A stretch of 64,000 nt of DNA, from NCBI GenBank assembly GCA_963801815.1, contig CAWDGJ010000002.1, positions 32,001 to 96,000 of the forward strand, given 5' to 3'. The translations under genes were made by a program, and so were the position numbers. Below are positions 51,399 to 61,675 of this stretch, piece by piece. The notes under the pieces were generated by a model, which saw nothing but the letters and a program-made list of their open reading frames with translations, ran no database searches and was not told the origin of the DNA. Each line of letters starts with the position of its first letter. Within the stretch, counting starts at the first letter, position 1. Source of the DNA: an uncultured Verrucomicrobiae bacterium (lineage in GTDB: Bacteria; Verrucomicrobiota; Verrucomicrobiia; Chthoniobacterales; UBA10450).

Positions 51399-54281
51399 TC
51401 ACTCGTCATCGTCATCGTGGCCCGCATGCGTGACGTTTACATCAATCGAAGCGGTCGTCGCGTGGCCTGATGCATTTTTGCATCGCACAGTAATTGTGTA
51501 GACGCGCCCTCTGGGTCCGGCACGCAGATTCACCGTTAGATCACCTGTAATCTGAAACGCTGGCCTTCTCCGATCTTCCTCATCATCTTCGCCCCTGGGA
51601 TCGACAAACGTCACGGAAGCGATCTTGCACTTTGGGTTCGGATCGGTGTCATCGGTCACCTCAACCGACAGCGCAACAGGAACGAGCTTGTGGTCAGGCG
51701 GCCAAAGATTAGGCGGATTCGCCGTGATTGATTGAATAACTGGCACGGCTGACAACGCCCGATTGCGGCGAAACCCAAGTGCGCTGCCGGAACTACAGCC
51801 GTAGAAGCCGCGCGCCCGAATGACGAAATTTTGGCCAATCGGCAGGTTCAGGCCGCCGAGAACCCAGTTGGCGCCAGACGAAGTAGCATCGCCGAGAAAA
51901 CTGAAGCTTGCATTGTCAGTGGAGAATTCGAACGTTGCGTGAGTGAACTGCGGGCTCGAACCGGCGCGGTTCCAAGTGATATCAGTTTGCGTAACAGCAA
52001 GGTTTTGAAATGCGGCGGTATCGTTAGTTAGACGGGCGAAATTGTATCTGACGGCTAGACCGATTCCGTCGAATTGGCCGCCGACGAGGATTTTTCCGTC
52101 GGCTTGGAGGGCGAGAGTTTGAACGCTTGCGAAGCCGTTATTGGATAGCGTCGCGTTGGGATTGAATTGGATATCGGCCAGGCCATTAACCGGCTCGACT
52201 CGGCCGATACGGTTCCGTGGGAAAGTGCCGATTTTTCCAAAAAATCCGCCGGCGACGATGTGCCCATCGGCTTGGACGACGATCGACGTTACCTCATTGT
52301 CTGGATTGGGATTGAATGAATTGTCAGCCGCTCCTGTGACCGGATCGAGCCGCGCCATGTTGGTGTGGGACGCACCTCCTATAGTAGTGAACCCGCCGCC
52401 AGCCAAAATCTTCTGATCACCCTGCAATGCGATCGCGTCCACGTCGCCGTTAACGGCGGAGCCAGTCGGGTCTGGGTGGAATTGATTGTCGACCGAGGCA
52501 TTCAGGTTAAGCCGCGCCAATTTTCGCCTCGGTTGGCCGCCGATCGAGGTGAAGCTTCCGCCGACGAGGATTTTCTGGTCCTGCTGTTGAAGGATACACA
52601 CTATTTCGCCACCGAGCGGATGTGGATTAAAGGTAATATCTGCGTGGCCGTCGGTGGGATCGAGCCGCGCCAGATCAACACGCGAGGCTCCGCCGATATT
52701 AGTGAAGCCGCCGCCGTCTCCGCCGACCAGAATCATGCCGTCGCGCTGCACAACAATCGCTGAAACGGGGCCGTTTGAATTTGGATTGAAGATAGAATCA
52801 ACGGTGCCGTTTACGGGTTCGACTCGAGCAATTCTATTACGCGTTACCGGTCCGGAGAACGGTGACAACATGGTAAAGTCTCCGCCGATCAAAATGTTGC
52901 CGCTCGGCTCAACCGTGATGCAGCGCACCAGGTTGTTAGGGCTCGGATCGAATAGGTCATCGAGAGTGCCGTCGGTGTTTAGTCGAGCAAGATTATGGCG
53001 CGGGGCACCAAAAACATTGTCGAATAAACCGCCCAGCAAGATCTTGCCGTCGGTCTGAACGGCTGTAGCCAAAACGAAGCCGCTGCCAATGTTCCCAAGA
53101 TCGAGCGTGCGATCAGCTCTGCCGTCAATTTCCAATCTCGCGATGCGAGTGTGCGTCTGTGCAAACGGCGCAGCGTCAGGCATAAGCGTCGTAAAAAATC
53201 CGCCGACGACAAGCTTGTTGTCTTGCTGAGCCGCTACTGTCAAAACGATGTTGTTCGCGTTCGGATCAAAAGAATCTGCCAAACCGGTGAATGTATCTAA
53301 TCGCCCGATGTGGTTTCGCGGCTGGCCGCCGATGTTCGAAAACGCGCCACCCACGACAATTTTTCCCTCGGATTGAATCGCGATCGAGAAGACGGTGTTG
53401 TCCGCATTTGGATTGAACGAAGCATCAGCCATTCCATTTACGTCATCGAGTCGCGCAATGTGATTGCGCGCGCGACGTCCAATTCCGGTGAATGATCCGC
53501 CTGCCAAAATCGTGTGGTCGGCCTGGATGGCGATCGAAAAGACGGAACCGTTTGCGCCAGGATTAAAACCATCTGCTTGTCCTGCTTCATTGAGGCGGGC
53601 GATGCCAGCGCGCGCTTGCGTGCCGATATTGCTGAACCCGCCCCCGACTAGAATTTTGTTGTACGCCTCCAGCACGATTGTATTTACCGGGCCATCGGCT
53701 CTCGGATCGAATGAGCTGTCCACGGTGCCCGCAATCGACAAGCGCGCAATCCGAAGCCGCGATAGACCGCCGATCCTTGTAAAAGCTCCGCCAACATAAA
53801 TTCTGGCGGTTCCCAGCACAGCGATGGTGTTCACCGTGTCGCTGGCATTTGGGTCGAATGAAGAGTCCACAGCGCCCGTTGCGCCACTCAGCCTGGCGAT
53901 GCGATTCCGTGGTTGCCGCCCATCGACAATTGTAAAATCGCCGCCGATGAGCACGTTTCCATCAGGTTGAACGGCGATGGCGCGAACCGTCGCGTTCGCT
54001 GCCGCATTGAACGCGGTGTCGAGCGAACCGTCCACATTCAGGCGCACAATGCGGTCGCGGGCGACAGCTGATCCCAGCCCGATCGAGATCGTGGTGAAGT
54101 CCCCACCGAGAAGAACCTTACCGTCGGGCTGCACCACAACGACTCGAACCGGTGCGTTTACGTTTACATTGAAACCATCGAGCGCCGATTGAGCCCGCAC
54201 CATAGGCGCAACGGACAGGAAAGCCGGAACGAAGGCCGCTAACGCCGCCATTTTCAACCAACTTCTGGCCGTCGCTGTCAT
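51399..54281 (-). CDS. Secreted delta-60 repeat (beta-propeller) protein with a C-terminal Ig-like domain
   Basis: Signal peptide; about 13 repeats of AVQxDGKILVGGxF...RIARL...D.SFNP; C-terminal NLWPPDHKLV...YTITVRC. Confidence 0.88.
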   Translation of the reverse strand: MTATARSWLKMAALAAFVPAFLSVAPMVRAQSALDGFNVNVNAPVRVVVVQPDGKVLLGGDFTTISIGLGSAVARDRIVRLNVDGSLDTAFNAAANATVRAIAVQPDGNVLIGGDFTIVDGRQPRNRIARLSGATGAVDSSFDPNASDTVNTIAVLGTARIYVGGAFTRIGGLSRLRIARLSIAGTVDSSFDPRADGPVNTIVLEAYNKILVGGGFSNIGTQARAGIARLNEAGQADGFNPGANGSVFSIAIQADHTILAGGSFTGIGRRARNHIARLDDVNGMADASFNPNADNTVFSIAIQSEGKIVVGGAFSNIGGQPRNHIGRLDTFTGLADSFDPNANNIVLTVAAQQDNKLVVGGFFTTLMPDAAPFAQTHTRIARLEIDGRADRTLDLGNIGSGFVLATAVQTDGKILLGGLFDNVFGAPRHNLARLNTDGTLDDLFDPSPNNLVRCITVEPSGNILIGGDFTMLSPFSGPVTRNRIARVEPVNGTVDSIFNPNSNGPVSAIVVQRDGMILVGGDGGGFTNIGGASRVDLARLDPTDGHADITFNPHPLGGEIVCILQQQDQKILVGGSFTSIGGQPRRKLARLNLNASVDNQFHPDPTGSAVNGDVDAIALQGDQKILAGGGFTTIGGASHTNMARLDPVTGAADNSFNPNPDNEVTSIVVQADGHIVAGGFFGKIGTFPRNRIGRVEPVNGLADIQFNPNATLSNNGFASVQTLALQADGKILVGGQFDGIGLAVRYNFARLTNDTAAFQNLAVTQTDITWNRAGSSPQFTHATFEFSTDNASFSFLGDATSSGANWVLGGLNLPIGQNFVIRARGFYGCSSGSALGFRRNRALSAVPVIQSITANPPNLWPPDHKLVPVALSVEVTDDTDPNPKCKIASVTFVDPRGEDDEEDRRRPAFQITGDLTVNLRAGPRGRVYTITVRCKNASGHATTASIDVNVTHAGHDDDDE

Positions 54282-54298
54282 TTGATCGCAGGAACCCC

Positions 54299-56497
54299 TC
54301 AGTACAGCGTCAGACCAAAATTGGCGTCTTGTTCGAGGATGCTATTAATGTCGGGTGAGACCGCGGTCCAAAGCTGATTGCCCTGAGAAGTCAAGCCGTT
54401 GGAAGTCGGTAAGGAACCGAACGGGGGGGGTGAACCATAGATCACGTTCACTGCTCCCGCGTTGGGAACGAGTGTGCCGGCAGACGGTCCACTAATTTGA
54501 AACAGATCCTCGAACGGAGCTCCAATGGCCAGGTCGGCAGTTGCAGCCGGGGGGGTGTGGGGAAGACATCCGACGCAATCCGACGGGTCGCCAAAGTTCC
54601 ATGCGCTCAATGAGAATCCAAAGAGATCACCTAAACCTGGCGCGCCCTGCAGGGTTTGTAACGCGCCATTGCCACGGCCCTTCGTCCACACTTGGGCGTT
54701 TTGGATGGCGATGGAAAGACCGGTGCCGCTGGACCCATAAACAACGTCAACTTCTCCAGCCATGACGATATTCTGGATCGTCGGAAAAGGTGGTGGCGTA
54801 CTCACGATGACATCTTCGAGTGGCACACCGATGGCAAGATCGGCCCTGCCGTCTCCATTGAAATCGCCCGCCGCGAGCGCGGCACCAAAAAATTCGTCGG
54901 CTTCACTGTGATCGCGCGGATGATTGACGGGGAAGAGAGCGTTCTGCGTCCAGATTTGAGAGTCGTTAGCCAACGGTAACGGATTGCCAAGAGTTACCTG
55001 TTGTACGGGCTTGCCATAACGAATGTGGACGGCTCCGGCATGGTCGTTGGCCCCAACCATCCGGCCGGGAATGCCAATCGCCAGGTCCGCCCGCGTGTCT
55101 CCATTGAAGTCGCCCACGGCCAGGGCGCCGCCATAGTTATCGCCCGCCGCCGGCAAAGGCAACGCGGTTGACAATTCTGTTAATACAAAGGCTTGGCGAG
55201 CCTCACGATCGAGGCCCAAGCCCTGACCAAGAGCGTTTGCCACGAAGAGAATCACTCCGCCAGCATGCTTGATGTTGCCGGCGAGGTTGCCGCCGAAGCC
55301 GAGATCCGGTAGACCGGCCACGAGATCGGTCTCGCCATCCGCGTTGAAGTCACCCGCAGCAAGCACGCTACCAAATCCGGAATCCTGCGCCGCGGCGCCC
55401 ACCCCGCCTGCATGCAGAGTTCCCGGTTCGAGATTGAGAAATTCGACGGCGTTAAGAAATTGTTCCGGGAGCGTCGAAGCCTGCGCATTTGATGCCGGCT
55501 TGCCGGTACGGGTCAGGCCGCCGGTCGTGGGATTCACCCCACAGCCGCGACAGGTAACCACGGGCCTCGAACCGAACAGAACCCATAGTTCACCCGCCCG
55601 CTGAACACTGGTCCCTTTATTGACGGCAACAGCGGTACGGCCGGGGGCTCCCATGGCCAGATCTCCGACTCCATCGCCATTGAAATCGCCCCAGGCAAGA
55701 GCACTGCCTAAGCGCTCGTTTCCTTTGATTTGCGTGCCGCCGGAGAAAGTCGGACCGAAAATGCTGAAATCAAAGTTTTGAGGGGGATGCACGTTTGGAT
55801 CGGTCGCGGTCAGGCCATTGGGCGATCCATAGATGACGACCACGCGACCTGCATTAGGAAAGATCAGGTTGGTACTGTTAAATTTGATGGTGACGAGTTC
55901 CTGCGGAATGCCGATGGCCAAATCGGAATATCCGTCCCCATTGAAGTCACCCGAAGCAAGAGCGGCCCCAAATTCGTCATGTGCTTCAGAGGCGCCCGGA
56001 ATCCCCGAGGTGTTCTGTGACCAAAATTGGGGCAGAATCTCAGGGACTTCTGCGCCGCTCCGACTATGGCCAAGGCCTATTGGTGACCCGTAAATCACAA
56101 TGACAGCACCCGAATCGATTACTCCGGCAGGCGTTTCTTCGTGCGGAATTCCAATCGCGAGATCAGCGAAGCCATCGCCGTCGAAATCGCCCTTCGAAAT
56201 GCCACTGCTGCTGTGGCGGTGGCGCCGCAATTCCATGAACGCTTCTTTGACTTTCTTGAGCTTTTCTTTCGTTGCCTCGTCCGTGAGTTCTCTCAACGCC
56301 TTGTCGATCTTTTCGGCGGCAGCTCTCGTCATCACGTCAGTCTCGCCTTCCTCATTTTCGCTGGAGTCTGTTTGACCGGCGCTGGTCGATGGATTTTTCT
56401 GACTCGAGTAGGCTGGGTTGCTCAGCACCGTGAGTAACAAGCCGGCGGAAAAAATACAGATGAATTTAATAACCAGTAAACGAATCGTGTGGTACAT
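54299..56497 (-). CDS. Secreted FG-GAP repeat (integrin-alpha-like) protein
   Basis: Signal peptide; repeated FGxALAxGDFNGDGxxDLAIGxP...AGxVxVIYG. Confidence 0.9.
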   Translation of the reverse strand: MYHTIRLLVIKFICIFSAGLLLTVLSNPAYSSQKNPSTSAGQTDSSENEEGETDVMTRAAAEKIDKALRELTDEATKEKLKKVKEAFMELRRHRHSSSGISKGDFDGDGFADLAIGIPHEETPAGVIDSGAVIVIYGSPIGLGHSRSGAEVPEILPQFWSQNTSGIPGASEAHDEFGAALASGDFNGDGYSDLAIGIPQELVTIKFNSTNLIFPNAGRVVVIYGSPNGLTATDPNVHPPQNFDFSIFGPTFSGGTQIKGNERLGSALAWGDFNGDGVGDLAMGAPGRTAVAVNKGTSVQRAGELWVLFGSRPVVTCRGCGVNPTTGGLTRTGKPASNAQASTLPEQFLNAVEFLNLEPGTLHAGGVGAAAQDSGFGSVLAAGDFNADGETDLVAGLPDLGFGGNLAGNIKHAGGVILFVANALGQGLGLDREARQAFVLTELSTALPLPAAGDNYGGALAVGDFNGDTRADLAIGIPGRMVGANDHAGAVHIRYGKPVQQVTLGNPLPLANDSQIWTQNALFPVNHPRDHSEADEFFGAALAAGDFNGDGRADLAIGVPLEDVIVSTPPPFPTIQNIVMAGEVDVVYGSSGTGLSIAIQNAQVWTKGRGNGALQTLQGAPGLGDLFGFSLSAWNFGDPSDCVGCLPHTPPAATADLAIGAPFEDLFQISGPSAGTLVPNAGAVNVIYGSPPPFGSLPTSNGLTSQGNQLWTAVSPDINSILEQDANFGLTLY

Positions 56498-56749
56498 AGC
56501 TCGAATCCTTTCTTGTTTGAAAAATCTCTGTCCAGAGAGGACGCGAGAACTTTGAAAACCCTAAAATCCCAATTTGGCAGGGACGCTTTATGTCGGGCGA
56601 TATACCAAAAATGGCGTGGGACTTCAACGCTAATCAGTGTCGGATCTTACCTGATCACTGATCTCCCTGCTGACTTCCCCGCTTTTCGCTCAAATCGCGC
56701 CACAAAAGTCTTCGACAGTGATTAGAGGGTTCGTTATGCCTTCGGCTGA

Positions 56750-59404
56750 ATGAACGCCGAACAAAAGCGGCTCGAGGAAAGTAAATCGCACAACGCGCCC
56801 TGGCATTTTTGGGGACCGTATCTGGCCGAGCGCGCGTGGGGAACGGTGCGCGAAGACTATAGCGCGAACGGCGACGCTTGGAATTATTTCCCGCATGATC
56901 ATGCCCGGTCGCGCGCGTATCGCTGGAACGAAGACGGAATCGCCGGGATCTCCGATTACAAAGGCCGGCTTTGTCTGGCGTTCGCGTTTTGGAACGAGCG
57001 CGATCCGTTCTTAAAAGAGCGCTTGTTCGGCCTGTCCCAACCGGAGGGGAACCATGGTGAGGACGTGAAGGAACTTTATTGGTACGTCGACAGCACTCCC
57101 ACGCACAGCTTCATGCGGATGGTTTATCGTTATCCGCAAGCGCGTTTCCCTTACGACGAACTTGTCACCCAAAGCGGCGCGCGTTCCAAAATGGAAGGGG
57201 AGTTCGAAATCTGGAACACGAATATCTTCGCGGAGAATCGCTACTTCGACATTGAAATCGAGTACGCCAAGGCAGGCACGGAGGACATCCTAATTCAGGT
57301 CACGGCCAAAAACTGCGGTCCAGAGACCGCGCCTTTGCATTTACTTCCGACTTTTTGGTTCCGCAACACCTGGAGCTGGGGCCGAGACCAAACCCGACCG
57401 AAACTCTCCAAAATATCCGATCGCAGTCACATTTCTATTGTCGCTGCCAGTCATCCGGCGCTCGGAGCTTACGATTTGTTTTGCGATTCGGTCGATGACC
57501 TCTTTTTCACCGAAAACGAGAGCGACGCCGAGCGGCTGTGGGGAATTCCAAAGCAGACGCCGTTTGTTAAGGATTCGATCAACGACTGCGTGGTTCACGG
57601 CAAGATCGACATCGTTAATCCCGCGCAGACTGGAACGAAAGCGGCCGCGCATTACAAGTTTAACATCCCCCCGCAGGAATCCATCTCGATTAGGCTGCGG
57701 CTGACGCGTGGCGGAAGCAAGACCAGCACGGAAGCGTTCGCGGATTTCGATGCGATGTTCAAATTGCGGCGAGCCGAAGCCGACCAGTTTTATAACGAGC
57801 TCGCGCCGGAATTGTTAAGCGAAGAGCATCGCACGATTCAACGCCAGGCGTTCGCAGGACTTCTTTGGAACAAACAATTTTATCATTACATCGTCGAGCA
57901 ATGGCTGGAAGGCGATCCCAGTCAGCCGCCACCCCCGGCCGAGCGACTTGACGGTCGCAACTCCCGTTGGCGTCATATTTACAACGAGCGAGTCATGTCG
58001 ATGCCCGACAAATGGGAATTCCCTTGGTTCGCATCGTGGGACCTTGCGTTTCACTGCATTCCGCTCGCATTGATCGACGTTCAATTCGCCAAGTCGCAGC
58101 TCGATCTGATCGTGCGTGAATGGTTCCAGCATCCGAACGGTCAGATCCCGGCCTACGAATGGAATTTTAGCGATGTGAATCCGCCGGTCATCGCGTGGGC
58201 GGCATGGCGCGTTTATCAGATCGAGCGCAAACAAGCCGGCAAAGGCGATCGCGCGTTTTTGGAAACGATCTTTCACAAAATGCTGCTGATGTTCACCTGG
58301 TGGGTGAATCGAAAGGACTCCGAGGGAAATAATATTTTCCAGGGCGGCTTCCTCGGCCTCGACAACATCGGCGTGTTTGATCGAAGCGCGCAACTTCCGG
58401 ACGGAACTCACCTCGAACAAAGCGATGCCACCAGTTGGATGGGAATGTTTTGTTTAAATCTGATGCGAATCGCGATCGAGCTGGCGCTGGAAAACCACGT
58501 TTACGAAAACATCGCGACCAAGTTCTTCGAACATTTCCTCGCTATCGCAGCCGCCATGAACAATCTTGGCGGCAAAGGCATCGGGCTCTGGAACGAGGAA
58601 GATGAATTCTACTATGATGTGCTTCACACACCCGGCGGACGCTATCTTCCGCTAAGAGTGCGCTCGATTGTCGGATTGCTGCCGTTGTTAGCAGTCGATG
58701 TTATCCAGCCGCAACTCATCGAGGCGTTACCCGGTTTTAAGCGCCGGCTCGAATGGTATCTCGCGAATCGACCCGACCTCTGCAGTTTGGTTTCGCGCTG
58801 GCAGGACCCCGGCGCCGGTGAGCGCCGCTTGATCGCGATTACGCGCGGTCATCGAATGAAATGTTTGTTGCGTCGTATGCTCGACCCGAACGAATTTCTC
58901 AGTGATTACGGCGTTCGTTCCGTCAGCAAATATCACAAGGAACATCCTTACGTGCTAACCGTGCGCGGCGAAACCAGAGTGGTGAACTACGAACCGGCCG
59001 AATCGCAGACGGGAATGTTCGGCGGCAATTCAAACTGGCGCGGACCGGTTTGGTTTCCAATCAACTACTTGTTCATCGAGTCGTTGCAGCAGTTTCACCA
59101 TTACTACGGTGACGATTTTAAAGTCGAATGCCCAACTGGTTCCGGCCAATTCATGCATTTGAAAGAGGTCGCCAATGAACTTTCGAACCGGCTGATCAAG
59201 ATTTGGGTGCGCGACAAGCATGGCGAACGCCCATTCTCGCGCACATCACAACCCGGCATCGATGGCGATGGCCGCTATCTTTTCCATGAATACTTCCACG
59301 GCGACAATGGCGCAGGCCTCGGCGCTTCGCATCAAACCGGTTGGACGGCGCTCGTTGCCAAACTCATTCAACAACAAGGCGAGTTCGGAACGATTCAGCC
59401 TTGA
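56750..59404 (+). CDS. MGH1-like glucosidase (GH63-like)
   Basis: WGTVREDYS, GNHGEDVKE, SMPDKWEFPWFASWD, NSNWRGPVW, EYFHGDNG...HQTGWT. Confidence 0.9.
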   Translation: MNAEQKRLEESKSHNAPWHFWGPYLAERAWGTVREDYSANGDAWNYFPHDHARSRAYRWNEDGIAGISDYKGRLCLAFAFWNERDPFLKERLFGLSQPEGNHGEDVKELYWYVDSTPTHSFMRMVYRYPQARFPYDELVTQSGARSKMEGEFEIWNTNIFAENRYFDIEIEYAKAGTEDILIQVTAKNCGPETAPLHLLPTFWFRNTWSWGRDQTRPKLSKISDRSHISIVAASHPALGAYDLFCDSVDDLFFTENESDAERLWGIPKQTPFVKDSINDCVVHGKIDIVNPAQTGTKAAAHYKFNIPPQESISIRLRLTRGGSKTSTEAFADFDAMFKLRRAEADQFYNELAPELLSEEHRTIQRQAFAGLLWNKQFYHYIVEQWLEGDPSQPPPPAERLDGRNSRWRHIYNERVMSMPDKWEFPWFASWDLAFHCIPLALIDVQFAKSQLDLIVREWFQHPNGQIPAYEWNFSDVNPPVIAWAAWRVYQIERKQAGKGDRAFLETIFHKMLLMFTWWVNRKDSEGNNIFQGGFLGLDNIGVFDRSAQLPDGTHLEQSDATSWMGMFCLNLMRIAIELALENHVYENIATKFFEHFLAIAAAMNNLGGKGIGLWNEEDEFYYDVLHTPGGRYLPLRVRSIVGLLPLLAVDVIQPQLIEALPGFKRRLEWYLANRPDLCSLVSRWQDPGAGERRLIAITRGHRMKCLLRRMLDPNEFLSDYGVRSVSKYHKEHPYVLTVRGETRVVNYEPAESQTGMFGGNSNWRGPVWFPINYLFIESLQQFHHYYGDDFKVECPTGSGQFMHLKEVANELSNRLIKIWVRDKHGERPFSRTSQPGIDGDGRYLFHEYFHGDNGAGLGASHQTGWTALVAKLIQQQGEFGTIQP

Positions 59405-59565
59405 ACTAGGCGTTTGTCCCTGGCGCGCCTCATTTCGATCGGCGTACCGCGAGTGCACTCATCGCACCAATGGCGTTTGGTTCGGTCGAGGCGCTTACGC
59501 GCGCCGCAGTTGTCGCACACAAAAACGTCGGTCTGCTTTTTTTTGTATCCGGGATAAACAGCCAC
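59395..59565 (-). CDS. Candidate 56-aa zinc-ribbon protein
   Basis: Manual translation from GTG: MAVYPGYKKKQTDVFVCDNCGARKRLDRTKRHWCDECTRGTPIEMRRARDKRLVQG (two CxxC motifs). Confidence 0.65.
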   Translation of the reverse strand: MAVYPGYKKKQTDVFVCDNCGARKRLDRTKRHWCDECTRGTPIEMRRARDKRLVQG

Positions 59566-59679
59566 AATGGATCCGAGTTCGAGATCTTGACGCTGGTCGG
59601 ATGTATCACGTCCATGGTTTAACGCAAACGCATTCCGCGCCAGTCGCGCTTTTCGATCGACATTAGCTTTCTGTGATGG

Positions 59680-60645
59680 TCAGTGGCGCCTTGCCATACT
59701 CGCTCCTGTATCGTCGCTCGGCGCTTCCTGTCTTTTGACTAATTGCTCGTTAGCGTGCCGGTGCTCGATTACGAAAGGATTGTTATCTCCGTAACTGCGC
59801 CACGGCCCTTGCGGCACATCCGGCACTCCGACAAATTGCCAATCAGTTACGTCGAGTGACTGCAGGCCCAGATAATCGCGCACCGCCGGCGACACATCCA
59901 GTCCAGCACCGGCATTGGAATTAGGCGCGGGCCTTTCGTTTCCGAAAACGTATTGAAAATGATCTGTCCGGAATGGACCGCAATCTTCCCACTGCGCATA
60001 GCAAATCCGGTTACCTTTGCGAATCGCGATCCAACGGTCCTTACAAACGGATTGCCCGCGTCCGATGTAGGCTGCTTTAAACCACGGGATAACAAGTGGC
60101 GCTTCCGGTTTGAATTCCCCATGCGTCACATCGTTATACGGTAGTGCGACATAAAACGGATTTTGCCTCGGAATAAACGCCACCGGAATGTAATCCCTCC
60201 GATTCGATGCTTCGGGCGGGTCAAAGCCGCCATAGTTCGCTGTCCAATTGAGATCCCACGAGCTTCGGTCGTTGGACACGGGATTATTCGGTCCAGCTGG
60301 TTCGCCGACCCAAAATACCGTCGTCACAATATTCCTTTTCCAAGGAATCCGAAAGTTCTCGAAGGATTGTACGATGGGTTTTGCGTTCAGAATTCCTTCT
60401 TGCCCTAACCTTATCACGTAGGTCGTGAAATCGGCAGCTGTTGCATACGGCGAGCTTGAGGAGTCCGAATGGCCGTAAGGGCCAAACGCGCCCTCCAGGG
60501 GCCAACGCGTATCGCACCAGCCCACCCAAAAGACGAGCGCCCCAAACACGAAAATCGCCAACGCTCCAGGCCATTTGCTTGACGGCCTCCTTACCGACGA
60601 ATCGCCAGCCCCCCTGAAGTCGACGCTCAGCTCACGCGCGCGCAT
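59680..60645 (-). CDS. Membrane-anchored hypothetical protein with an RlpA/DPBB-like C-terminal region
   Basis: N-terminal TM; YVALPY, CKDRWIAI, EDCGP, GLDVSPAV. Confidence 0.7.
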   Translation of the reverse strand: MRARELSVDFRGAGDSSVRRPSSKWPGALAIFVFGALVFWVGWCDTRWPLEGAFGPYGHSDSSSSPYATAADFTTYVIRLGQEGILNAKPIVQSFENFRIPWKRNIVTTVFWVGEPAGPNNPVSNDRSSWDLNWTANYGGFDPPEASNRRDYIPVAFIPRQNPFYVALPYNDVTHGEFKPEAPLVIPWFKAAYIGRGQSVCKDRWIAIRKGNRICYAQWEDCGPFRTDHFQYVFGNERPAPNSNAGAGLDVSPAVRDYLGLQSLDVTDWQFVGVPDVPQGPWRSYGDNNPFVIEHRHANEQLVKRQEAPSDDTGASMARRH

Positions 60646-60736
60646 GATTTACAAGTTTCGCACTCTAGTAAACAGTCAACTACCGTAGAAACGGCATTGG
60701 ACGTTGGTCCTACGAGTCTTGATGTAAAATAGATTA

Positions 60737-61078
60737 CTACTCGCTTTGACGCGGACGACGCATGATGTGAATCGCGAGAATGCGGCTTTGATGGCGGGCC
60801 AGAAGGTAATCGATAAAATCGCCGATGATCGAGTTCGGTTTGTGCCCGAGTTTGGTCACCACGCGGCAAATAAGCGTGTTGCTGCGGCCGTGCCATTCGA
60901 GATTGATCGCGCCGTGTGCATCGATCGCGCTATGTAGTTTCGCCCAACCGTGCGGCCGGCCAGGTTGTTTCGCCCAAACCTTGATGAACTTGAATTTTCG
61001 ATCCAACTGCGGGTCGCGCATGATCTGGCTGCGCAACGATCCGCGTCCGGTCGCGATCACCTGGATCACGGTCTGCAT
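60737..61078 (-). CDS. Hypothetical protein
   Basis: Clean 113-aa ORF, co-oriented with its neighbours. Confidence 0.65.
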   Translation of the reverse strand: MQTVIQVIATGRGSLRSQIMRDPQLDRKFKFIKVWAKQPGRPHGWAKLHSAIDAHGAINLEWHGRSNTLICRVVTKLGHKPNSIIGDFIDYLLARHQSRILAIHIMRRPRQSE

Positions 61079-61132
61079 TTGTGAATCACGTTAAGCAAAT
61101 CGGACTAACGAAAGAAAATTCAAACGAAAACT

Positions 61133-61182
61133 TGTAGCCACGTCGCTGTGCGACGTCGACGGCCCGCAGGGCCGTGGCTACA
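61133..61182. repeat. GTAG-type REP doublet
   Basis: TGTAGCCACG...CGTGGCTACA termini with hairpins ACGTCGC/GCGACGT and CGGCCC/GGGCCG. Confidence 0.85.
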
Positions 61183-61666
61183 CAAGCGATTGAAACATCA
61201 CATAAACATCGACATATCCCTTCGTCGGATGCCGAAACGCACCGGGCAACGTCCCGACGATCCTCATCCCGAGGTCCTGCCAGAGTTTTACCGCGCCTTC
61301 GTTGGTTGAAACGACGAAGTTGAATTGCATTGCGCGGAAACCGAGACGGCGCGCTTCCTTCAAGCAATGCTCGCCCATCGTACGGCCGGTCCCCTGCCCA
61401 CGTCCACTTTCCGCGACGATGAAAGCCGCGTTTGCAACATGTGCGCCGCCACCCGATTGATTCGCGTGCAACGCGTAACTGCCGACAATTTCACCGTCGT
61501 TGTCGGCAACATAAGCGTGCCCGCGACGTTGAAACCAATATGCCAGCGCGTCTTCGCGAGAAATATTCGGATCGAGCGGATAGGTTTCGCCAGTCGCAAT
61601 TACTTCGTGGAAAATTTGCCAGATGGCGTCGCGATCTGAATCAATGGCCTCACGAATATCAAGCAC
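61178..61666 (-). CDS. GNAT N-acetyltransferase
   Basis: GETYP, HVANA, RGQGTG, MQFNFVVSTN, FRHP. Confidence 0.9.
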   Translation of the reverse strand: MLDIREAIDSDRDAIWQIFHEVIATGETYPLDPNISREDALAYWFQRRGHAYVADNDGEIVGSYALHANQSGGGAHVANAAFIVAESGRGQGTGRTMGEHCLKEARRLGFRAMQFNFVVSTNEGAVKLWQDLGMRIVGTLPGAFRHPTKGYVDVYVMFQSLV

Positions 61667-61675
61667 GGCGCAAGT

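Noticed and set aside
51330..56750. Integrative island at the guaA 3' end
   Set aside because: No integrase and no duplicated guaA 3' end seen.
59430..59615. 61-aa ORF from the ORF track
   Set aside because: The alternative frame 59395-59565 with two CxxC motifs is more protein-like.
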